This document shows positions 24,588-32,000 of a stretch of DNA of 32,000 nt, piece after piece. Below the pieces are notes generated by a model. That model worked only from the letters and a program-made list of their open reading frames with translations, ran no database searches and was not told where the DNA came from. Both the position numbers and the translations under genes were made by a program. The stretch comes from Pseudoalteromonas translucida KMM 520. GTDB lineage: Bacteria > Pseudomonadota > Gammaproteobacteria > Enterobacterales > Alteromonadaceae. The DNA is taken from contig NZ_CP011035.1 of NCBI RefSeq assembly GCF_001465295.1, positions 90,001 through 122,000 on the forward strand, read 5' to 3'. Each line of letters starts with the position of its first letter. The stretch's first letter is position 1.

Positions 24588-25745
24588 ATGGCAGGGATTG
24601 ATCAGTTAGTTAGCCGTGTAATGGCAGGGTTGGTGGCCGTTATTATTGGTTTTACCAGCTCAGTAGCACTGATTTACCAGGTAGTTATTGTGCTTGGCGG
24701 TACGCCTGAGCTAGTAGCCAGCTGGATTTTAATGCTGGGCTTGGTAATGGGCAGCACCTCTATTATTTTATCGTATTATTATAAAGTGCCAATATTAATA
24801 GCGTGGTCGACCACGGGGGCTGCACTGCTAATTTCTACTGCCGATGGTTATAACCTAAATGAAGCTGTAGGGGCATTTATGCTCTGTGCACTATTGGTAT
24901 TTTTATCGGGAGTGACGGGCTGGTTTGAAAAAGTTATGAACCGTATTCCGAGTGAGCTTGCTTGTGCCATGCTTGCGGGAGTATTAGTTACTTTTGGCAT
25001 TGACGTATTTAACTTTATGAACGAATTACCGTTAATGATTGGCTTAATGGTATTAGTTTATTGTATAGGTAAACGTTACTTTGCACGTTTTACTATGTTA
25101 AGTGTACTAATAACCGGTGTGTTACTGGCGTGGAATATGGGCCATATTGATACCAGCAGCTTGCAATGGCAAGCCAGTAGTTTTGCTTATATAGCCCCCA
25201 GTTTTAATTTTCAGGCATTTATTAGTATTAGCATTCCTTTATATATAGTGACCATGACCTCACAAAACTTACCCGGTATTGCGGTACTAAAAGCCCATAA
25301 TTATAAAGCGCCTATTTCGGCGTCACTCAATGTAACGGGTTTTATTAATTTAGTAACAGCGCCATTTGGCACCTATTCAATTAATTTAGCCGCCATAACG
25401 GCTGCCATTTGTATGAGTGAAGATGCAGATAAAAACCCCGATAAACGTTATTGGGCGAGCATAGCCGGTGGTGTTTTTTATATTATTATGGCGCTGTGCG
25501 CAGCAACATTAGTGGCCGTAGTGGCCAGCTTACCGCAAGCATTAATTTTAGCCTTAGCAGGTATTGCATTATTTGGCACCATTGCGTCAAGCCTACAGCA
25601 AGCGCTGCACAGCTCACAATATAGCGAAGCCGCCATAATTACATTTTTAGTCACCGCGTCAGATTTAACTCTGTGGTCGGTAGGTTCAGCCTGCTGGGGA
25701 ATTATAGCCGGCGTATTAACGCTATTTATTATCCGTAAGGGTTAA
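24588..25745 (+). CDS. benE: benzoate/H+ symporter family (BenE/YdcO-like) membrane transporter
   Basis: 385 aa and highly hydrophobic (about 11-12 TM helices). The N-terminus ..AGLVAVIIGFTSSVALIYQ.. and overall architecture resemble BenE family proteins. Assigned from memory, not from a search. Confidence 0.7.
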   Translation: MAGIDQLVSRVMAGLVAVIIGFTSSVALIYQVVIVLGGTPELVASWILMLGLVMGSTSIILSYYYKVPILIAWSTTGAALLISTADGYNLNEAVGAFMLCALLVFLSGVTGWFEKVMNRIPSELACAMLAGVLVTFGIDVFNFMNELPLMIGLMVLVYCIGKRYFARFTMLSVLITGVLLAWNMGHIDTSSLQWQASSFAYIAPSFNFQAFISISIPLYIVTMTSQNLPGIAVLKAHNYKAPISASLNVTGFINLVTAPFGTYSINLAAITAAICMSEDADKNPDKRYWASIAGGVFYIIMALCAATLVAVVASLPQALILALAGIALFGTIASSLQQALHSSQYSEAAIITFLVTASDLTLWSVGSACWGIIAGVLTLFIIRKG

Positions 25746-25975
25746 AAGTAGGTTGTAGGGAAGCGATTAGGCGCTAGGTTTTAGGCGTATAAAAATTAAA
25801 AAATTCACCACTGGGTACTACTCCTTTGTGGTGAACTTTCACTTTGCTCCGTGCGCAAGGCACTAAGCAGACAAAAGGTTTTACTAAAAGTGCGATTAAA
25901 CTACAGCTACAGCAAACCTATCTTAGTCAGTTAATACCTAAAGCCTGATATCTAAAACCTACTCTTTTGCTGCCT

Positions 25976-26995
25976 TTACAACATTGGTTTTAATATATCA
26001 AACATGGCGTCTATGTGATCGTCTCGCTCGTTTAGTGCTGCAATGTAACGGTATTTTTCACCGCCAGCATGTTCAAATATTTCACGGTTTTCGCCCTCTA
26101 ATTCCTCGAGGGTTTCTAAGCAGTCAGCACTAAACGCAGGGCTAATTATGGCAATATCTTTTATGCCTTGTGCAGGAAAGCTTTCAAGCGTAGCGTCGGT
26201 ATAAGGCTTTAACCATTCTGCTTTACCAAAGCGGCTTTGAAAGGTGCTTATTACTTGGTCTTTATCAAGGCCAAGCTTTTCCACGACTAAGCGCGTGGTT
26301 TGTAGGCATAAACAGTGATACGGATCGCCTCGTTCTAAAAACAGTTTAGGCATACCATGGTACGAAAAAACGAGTTTTTGTGGCATGCCATTGGCTGCTA
26401 AATCTTCGCTAATACTGTTGGCTAACGATTCTATGTAACGGGTGTTTTTGTGATAGCCGTTTATAAAATGTAGCTCAGGAACCCAACGCCATTTACGCAG
26501 CACGTTTGATACCGCGTCAAAGGTTGAGCCCGTAGTTGGGCTTGAGTATTGTGGGTATAACGGTAATACAATTATGCGCGTAAGGCCTTTATCACGAAGT
26601 TGTTCCAGCCCAGCTTCAATTGAAGGATTGCCGTAACGCATAGCCATAACCACTTCGGTATTGGTATAGCCATGCTCTTTTAATAGCGCATTTAATTTTA
26701 GGCTTTGCTGGCGAGTAATGTGGGTAAGTGGTGAGCCGTTTTCGGTCCATATACTTTCATAAAGCTTGGCAGAGCGTTTTGGGCGAATACGTAAAATAAT
26801 ACCATGGAGAATAATCATCCATACAAAACGTGGTATTTCTACAATACGTGGATCTGATAAAAACTCACGTAAATAAGTACGCAAAGCGCTTGCTGTTGGC
26901 GCATCAGGGCTGCCTAAGTTGGTAAGTAATATGCCTGTTTTTTGATTGAAACGCCCATCATGGGGATTATCGGTAACGGCAGAGAATCGCGACAC
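25976..26995 (-). CDS. hemH: ferrochelatase
   Basis: KTGILLTNLGSPDAPT..LR.YLREFLSDPRIVE, VLPLYPQYSSPTTGS, SYHGMP, FQSRFGKAEWLKPYTD and SPAFSADCLETLEE match HemH. I prefer the GTG start at 26995 (AAGGAG 6 nt upstream) over TTG 27010. Confidence 0.92.
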   Translation of the reverse strand: MSRFSAVTDNPHDGRFNQKTGILLTNLGSPDAPTASALRTYLREFLSDPRIVEIPRFVWMIILHGIILRIRPKRSAKLYESIWTENGSPLTHITRQQSLKLNALLKEHGYTNTEVVMAMRYGNPSIEAGLEQLRDKGLTRIIVLPLYPQYSSPTTGSTFDAVSNVLRKWRWVPELHFINGYHKNTRYIESLANSISEDLAANGMPQKLVFSYHGMPKLFLERGDPYHCLCLQTTRLVVEKLGLDKDQVISTFQSRFGKAEWLKPYTDATLESFPAQGIKDIAIISPAFSADCLETLEELEGENREIFEHAGGEKYRYIAALNERDDHIDAMFDILKPML

Positions 26996-27489
26996 GTTAT
27001 GCTCCTTCAAGCAAAGTATTCAGAAATAACTATTAAGGCATAGTGTAACGAAAAAAAGCACTGTTTAGATCAATCATTTAGTTGTTTTAATTATAATTTA
27101 AAAAAATCAGCACGATTAGATACTTTGAGGTTGTTACTTTTTATGTAGAAACTAAAAAATGTTCCATTTTAGTGCACTGTAAACACCAGGTTACAGGCTG
27201 TAAAGCTAAGTAACCGCAGTTTGGCTGTAAAACGAGCAGTTTGCGAGTTGAAGACCAGTGTGAATAATACGTTAACTTTTTAATATTTAAAATAAAATGC
27301 TGAATTGTTGGTATTTTAATCGCTTTAAGGTGTTAATTTTCTATTTTGGAAGTTATTTGCATACATAGACTAATTATTTATGTGTTTTAGTATCTTTTTA
27401 TTTATATATGTTGCTAGGATGTTGTCAGCAAGGTTTGTATGTAACAACCTTTCATAAATTATAAGAACACACAAAACAGGGTCGTCACT

Positions 27490-30033
27490 ATGTCAACATA
27501 TCGTTTAAATACACTCGCTGTTGCCGTTGCTTTTGCTTTTAGTGCACCAAGCATTGTTAACGCACAAGAAGCACCGGTTAAAGCTGTAAAAAACATTGAG
27601 CAAATATCAGTATTGGGGTCACGCGTATCTAATCGTACTTCTACTGAATCTTCATCTCCTATTGATTTAATTGACGCGGACGATCTAAATAAAGGTGGCT
27701 TTACCGAGCTTGGGCAAAGCTTGCAAGCAACCGCACCTTCATTTAACTTTTCGCGTACGCAAGTTTCAGACGGCTCTGATTTATTTAGACCTGCTACTTT
27801 ACGTGGTTTACAGCCAGATCAAACATTAGTATTAATAAATGGTAAGCGTCGTCATAACCAAGCCATTTTTGGTTTAACAAGTACGGTTGGCGGTGGTTCG
27901 GCGGGTACCGATATGAATGCTATTCCGCTAGTTGCTTTAAAAGGTGTTGAAGTACTGCGCGATGGTGCTGCAGCACAGTATGGCTCTGATGCTATTGCAG
28001 GGGTTATTAACTTATCGCTTAATAACTCAACCGGCGTTACTACAGGTTATGTACAATATAGCGAAACAGGCGAAGGCGATGGCGAAACAGTATCGGTTGG
28101 TTTAAACCGCGGTTTTGATTTAGGCAGCGAAGGTGGATTTATTAATCTATCACTTGAGCACCGTGATGCCGAGGGCACTAACCGTGCAGAGCGCGATATT
28201 GGCGGTTCACTCGATGTAGCACCTGGTACGCTTTCTAAAGATGTACGCTGGAGCCAAGGTAATGCAGAGAGCGAATTTACCTCACTGTTTTATAATATGG
28301 CACTGCCAGTTGGTGGCGATAATGAGCTTTACTCATTTGGTGGCTATTCTGAACGTACCGCTTTAGGTAATGGTTTTTACCGAAACTTTGATGAAGCTGG
28401 TAAAAACGTAACTCAAGTATACGCAGATGGTTTTTTACCGCAGATTTTTAACGAAGCACAAGATATTTCAATTGCGCTTGGACTTAAAGGCGAAATAAAT
28501 ACCGACTGGGGATACGATGTATCGGCAGTGTATGGTGAAAACCAATACGATTTTACGTCGCGTAACAGCATTAATGCCTCGTATGCGGCAGAGTATGTTG
28601 CTAATAACCCAAATGCGAGTGACGCTGATATAGCGGCTAATGCGGGCCCAAGTGGTGGGTATTCAGGTGGCTTTCGCTTTGATCAAACTACAGTGAATGC
28701 CGATATTAATGGCATCATAGATATTGGTCGTAGTGAGCCTCTTTATTTGTCGTTTGGTGCAGAATATCGTAAAGAAAATTACGAAATAGTCCCAGGGGAA
28801 GAAGCTTCTTATGCGTGTGGCCTAGCTAACATGGATACCTCGTATCCGTCAGTTAACGATCCTAATCAATTTGCTGAGTGTGGTTTTCAAGCATATAACG
28901 GTTTGCGCCCTGAAGCGTCAAATTCACAAAGCCGCGACAGCTATGCATTTTATGTAGATGCTGAAACCATGATCACCGATGCATGGAACGTAAGTGGTGC
29001 ACTGCGCTACGAAGATTTCTCGGATGCAGGCGATGATTTAATTGGTAAATTAGCAACGCGTTATGAATTTAATGATGACTTTGCTGTGCGCGCTGCTGCA
29101 TCAACAGGCTTTAGAGCACCGTCGTTACAACAAAGTGGCTATACAGCGTTTACCACTAACTTAGGCTCAGACGGTACGTTAAGCCAATCGTTTACAGCAA
29201 CCACAGGTTCGGCATTTCCTTCTGCTTTAGGGGTTAATAGTTTAGAGCTAGAAACATCTAAAAACTTAAGCGCAGGCTTTGTTTATGATGTAACCAGCGA
29301 GCTTTCGTTAACGGTTGATTTTTACCGTGTAGAAATTAAAGACCGTATAACGCTAGGTAGTTTATTGTCAGCAGACGATGTGGCATTTAGTGCAGAGGCA
29401 GTTGCTGCATTACAAGCAACCGGTGCAGTGCAAGCAAACTACTTCTCAAACTCTTTAGATTCAACTACGCAAGGTGTTGATATTATTGCATCTTACCGTA
29501 CTGAACTGGACGGTGGTAACTTAGGTATTACTTTTGCGGGTAATCTAAACGAAACTAAAATTGATAATGTAAATGCAGCACCCGGTATTCCAAAAAATGT
29601 TGCGCTTGATGACATACAAAGCAGCTTTTTAACGGACGGCCAACCAGGTGAGCGTGGTACGTTAACCTTTGATTATGAGCGCGATGCTTATAGTTCAATG
29701 ATACGCTTTAACTACTTTGGCGAAACCGATGTTAAATATTTTGCTAACGACCATATTTCGTTACCTGGGTTTTTATCACCTACGGGTTCATTTAAGCCTA
29801 CCAGTACGGTTGAATCAGCAGTATTGGTTGATTTAAACGTGACTTACCAAATTAACGATACGTTTGCAGTATCGGTTGGTGCTGATAACGTATTTGACGA
29901 AACGCCAGATGAATTAGGTGATGATGAAGTACTTAACTTTATCTCTAATGGCGGATTTAAATACCCATTACGTGCCGTACCTTATGGTTTTGATGGCCGT
30001 ACCTACTATGCAAAATTAAGCTTTAGCTTTTAA
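27490..30033 (+). CDS. TonB-dependent outer-membrane receptor
   Basis: 847 aa. Signal peptide ending AFSAPSIVNAQE; plug domain (IEQISVLGSR, LRGLQPDQTLVLINGKRR, IPLVALKGVEVLRDGAAAQYGSDAIAGVINL); beta-barrel with C-terminal ...YYAKLSFSF. The substrate is unknown. Confidence 0.9.
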   Translation: MSTYRLNTLAVAVAFAFSAPSIVNAQEAPVKAVKNIEQISVLGSRVSNRTSTESSSPIDLIDADDLNKGGFTELGQSLQATAPSFNFSRTQVSDGSDLFRPATLRGLQPDQTLVLINGKRRHNQAIFGLTSTVGGGSAGTDMNAIPLVALKGVEVLRDGAAAQYGSDAIAGVINLSLNNSTGVTTGYVQYSETGEGDGETVSVGLNRGFDLGSEGGFINLSLEHRDAEGTNRAERDIGGSLDVAPGTLSKDVRWSQGNAESEFTSLFYNMALPVGGDNELYSFGGYSERTALGNGFYRNFDEAGKNVTQVYADGFLPQIFNEAQDISIALGLKGEINTDWGYDVSAVYGENQYDFTSRNSINASYAAEYVANNPNASDADIAANAGPSGGYSGGFRFDQTTVNADINGIIDIGRSEPLYLSFGAEYRKENYEIVPGEEASYACGLANMDTSYPSVNDPNQFAECGFQAYNGLRPEASNSQSRDSYAFYVDAETMITDAWNVSGALRYEDFSDAGDDLIGKLATRYEFNDDFAVRAAASTGFRAPSLQQSGYTAFTTNLGSDGTLSQSFTATTGSAFPSALGVNSLELETSKNLSAGFVYDVTSELSLTVDFYRVEIKDRITLGSLLSADDVAFSAEAVAALQATGAVQANYFSNSLDSTTQGVDIIASYRTELDGGNLGITFAGNLNETKIDNVNAAPGIPKNVALDDIQSSFLTDGQPGERGTLTFDYERDAYSSMIRFNYFGETDVKYFANDHISLPGFLSPTGSFKPTSTVESAVLVDLNVTYQINDTFAVSVGADNVFDETPDELGDDEVLNFISNGGFKYPLRAVPYGFDGRTYYAKLSFSF

Positions 30034-30053
30034 TATTTAGCTAAACAGTAACA

Positions 30054-30082
30054 AGCGCAGTTATTTACTGCGCTTTTTTTTG
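30054..30082 (+). terminator. rho-independent terminator of the TonB-dependent receptor gene
   Basis: agcgcagt (30054-30061) / actgcgct (30067-30074), then T8. Confidence 0.85.
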
Positions 30083-30245
30083 CCTTAATTTTATACTAAT
30101 AAGGGCAGTGAAATAGGGGGAAAGGGGGGGTGACATATTTTTTAAATAGCGCTTTAAATCACTTGCAAGCTTGTAAATTAAGCATACAATCGCCACTTAT
30201 AAGTAACATACAATCTATTTTATAATTAGTTGGTTTATAGGAAAA

Positions 30246-30449
30246 ATGATGACTAAAAAATCGAAAACAAAAACGGCCACTAACAGCGCCGTAGATACTG
30301 GCCGCGGTGTTATAAGGCACAATGCGTTGGCTGCACTGGTTACCTCTAAAGTGTTTAAACCACAAGTGGTTAAAGCTAAAAAAGGTAAAGGCTCTTTTAA
30401 GCGCAGCAACAAGCATTCAGGACAAGAGTCCTATTTAATCGCCGCTTAA
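30246..30449 (+). CDS. arfA: alternative ribosome-rescue factor ArfA
   Basis: 67 aa. GVIRHNALAALVTSKVFKPQVVKAKKGKGSFKRSNKH parallels E. coli ArfA [35 protein letters not shown]. The size is appropriate, and hairpins span the 3' end. Confidence 0.75.
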   Translation: MMTKKSKTKTATNSAVDTGRGVIRHNALAALVTSKVFKPQVVKAKKGKGSFKRSNKHSGQESYLIAA

Positions 30450-30562
30450 ATAGCTGTGATCAAATAGGGCTTTTAGTTAAAAATTAGGTGCTAGATAGGT
30501 TAAACAAATACTTTGGCTTTCAAAGCTAATCACTACCTAAGCTTGCTCTACCCCGCAAAATG

Positions 30563-30601
30563 AAAAAGCGGACTGACAGCCCAAATGGCCGACAGTCCGC
30601 T
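30563..30601 (-). terminator. rho-independent terminator of the VOC/cupin operon (minus strand)
   Basis: 9-bp stem agcggactg (30567-30575) / cagtccgct (30593-30601). A5 at 30563-30567 gives a U-run on the minus strand. Confidence 0.7.
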
Positions 30602-30641
30602 GTTATCATAACATAGGAGCTTGATGCTCAAATACTAGACG

Positions 30642-31025
30642 TTATGCTGCTTTAAAACAGTATACTGCAAGTTTGTTACCGTCTAAATCACGAGTATAAG
30701 CAGCGTAGGCATTTGGAGCCCAACCGCGAGTACCCGGTGCGCCTTCATCAGGGCAACCTGCAGCTAAAGCCGCAGCATGGAAAGCATCTATTGATGCACG
30801 ATCAGGTGCTTCAAAGCTAAGCATAGTGCCGTTACCCATAGTTGCAGGCTGGCCGTTGGCAGGTTTTAGTACAAAGAAAGACGGTGCGTCTACGCCCCAA
30901 ATTGAACCATTGTCATCTAAATCTGCAATGCGCTTAAGACCAATAATACTTAATACGTTGTCGTAAAAGGCGCGAGCCTTGTTTAAATCGTTTGTGCCTA
31001 CTGTTGTATGTGTGTATATACTCAT
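30642..31025 (-). CDS. VOC (glyoxalase/bleomycin-resistance/dioxygenase) family protein
   Basis: 127 aa. The N-terminal pattern MSIYTHTTVGTNDLNKARAFYDNVL and the size are typical of small VOC proteins. Confidence 0.75.
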   Translation of the reverse strand: MSIYTHTTVGTNDLNKARAFYDNVLSIIGLKRIADLDDNGSIWGVDAPSFFVLKPANGQPATMGNGTMLSFEAPDRASIDAFHAAALAAGCPDEGAPGTRGWAPNAYAAYTRDLDGNKLAVYCFKAA

Positions 31026-31053
31026 AGTGTATTCTCCGAAAATTTAATAAAAT

Positions 31054-31458
31054 TTATTTAGGTGTAAACATGCTATCTGCAGTGCGGTGTGCGGTATAAA
31101 CGGCTTCACCATCACTTTGAGCATCAAATATAACGGTAACATTAGGCGTGAAAAGTACAACGTCGCCTACTTCTGCTACATATTTATTGCCTTGTAAATC
31201 GCGCATCACAATTTTGCCTTTAGTGATTACTTTGTATTCTACAAATTCATAAACAAATTCGAATTCAACGCCAGGCTGCATAGCAAAAAAACCAACCGTT
31301 AAGCCGTTTGAGTTATCGGTGACTGTCAGCTCTGCCATCTGACTTTTTAAATCTTTAACTTCAAGCAAGCCCGCAAGATCGTTAAGTTTATAAGTGCCCG
31401 CTTTAAATAATTGAATGCTTGGCTCTTGAGCAAGTTTAGTGGTAACAGATTGAGTCAT
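31054..31458 (-). CDS. cupin-domain protein (EutQ/DUF861-like)
   Basis: 134 aa. The beta-rich C-terminal half (YEFVEYKVITKGKIVMRDLQGNKYVAEVGDVVLFTPNVTVIF) has a cupin-like pattern. It lies 28 nt upstream of the VOC gene, so the two are probably an operon. Confidence 0.6.
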   Translation of the reverse strand: MTQSVTTKLAQEPSIQLFKAGTYKLNDLAGLLEVKDLKSQMAELTVTDNSNGLTVGFFAMQPGVEFEFVYEFVEYKVITKGKIVMRDLQGNKYVAEVGDVVLFTPNVTVIFDAQSDGEAVYTAHRTADSMFTPK

Positions 31459-31922
31459 TATTGTGATCCTAATATGCTGTACTGAAACATCAGTATCTAT
31501 AAATTATGTGTTTTGTTTTAATGCTTAGCGTCAGTGCATTGCTGCTGTTTGACCCATGAGCCGTACTTTACATTGTTTATCACAAATGATAACCGGCATA
31601 AAAATCAAATAACTTTTACCTAGTGGTAACAATGTAGAAAAATTAAAGGTGGGGGAATAAATAGGTTAACGGTAATAAATTAAATATCAGCAAAGGCTCG
31701 CCAAGTAAGATATTGATAGTGGTAGGTAGAAATTTATTGGTGTGTGTTTGCGGTTACCAGCACACCAAACTGCGGTGCGGGCAGGCGGTGCGCGGTAGAG
31801 CTGGCATGAAATTAAAGCTTAATAAAAAAGCACGATGTAAAAATCGCACTTACAAGTAAACCCAAACACCGAGCTTGGCTAATCTCTACCTAAAACTTGA
31901 GACCTAAAGCCAGTACTTTCCC

Positions 31923-32000
31923 TTAAATTTTTGTTGTTGAATCTCGCACTAAAAGTTCGGGAGTGTAGTGCTTTATAATATCGCGGGTGTCGCCATTGCG
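31923..32000 (-). CDS. 3' end of an unidentified minus-strand gene (last 25 codons only)
   Basis: The reverse complement reads ...RNGDTRDIIKHYTPELLVRDSTTKI* in one open frame to the window edge. It is too short to identify. Confidence 0.3.
   Translation of the reverse strand, partial: RNGDTRDIIKHYTPELLVRDSTTKI

Noticed and set aside
27011-27489. Fur box or cobalamin/other riboswitch upstream of the TonB-dependent receptor
   Set aside because: The best Fur-like stretches match the 19-bp consensus poorly. There is no B12-box or other conserved riboswitch core visible by eye.
30111-30130. G5 and G7 homopolymer runs upstream of arfA as a phase-variation switch
   Set aside because: The runs are short and not positioned between recognisable -35/-10 elements or inside a coding region. 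There is no supporting evidence.
30159-30416. Minus-strand ORFs 30159-30416 and 30215-30412
   Set aside because: They overlap the plus-strand ORF that matches ArfA and have no recognisable features.

Overview
This is a 32-kb chromosomal window from an AT-rich gammaproteobacterium. Gene content and the intergenic repeat families look Alteromonadales/Pseudoalteromonas-like, but that is inference only. Most of the window is housekeeping: the katG 3' end, ybiT, a yqjG-yqjF module with a divergent YhaJ-like LysR regulator, nhaP2, gshA, dgt, an NPP phosphodiesterase, benE, hemH, a TonB-dependent receptor, arfA, a VOC protein and a cupin. These genes are separated by repeat-rich intergenic regions. 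I saw no rRNA, tRNA or CRISPR array.

The accessory part lies at about 2.99-11.8 kb and has three components.

(i) A SAM-methyltransferase gene is translationally coupled to a 512-aa protein. That protein combines an HNH nuclease motif with a C-terminal LexA/lambda-cI-type S24 self-cleaving domain, which appears to keep its Ser/Lys dyad and a Cys-Gly cleavage site.

(ii) Immediately downstream is a clearly lower-GC cassette of about 5.3 kb. It holds a complete C5 DNA methyltransferase, placed tail-to-tail (7-bp gap) with a three-gene operon whose genes overlap by 4 bp and 8 bp. The first product has GHKL (Bergerat-fold) ATPase motifs. I cannot assign the other two, and I see no nuclease motif anywhere in the operon.

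(iii) The cassette is bracketed by inverted copies of a structured repeat of about 270-320 bp, with three tandem copies on the right side. The hairpins in this repeat are preserved by compensatory substitutions.

I regard (ii), possibly acting together with (i), as the best candidate for an undescribed methylation-linked defence system. All functional statements for these genes are hypotheses from motif reading by eye. No database search was possible.
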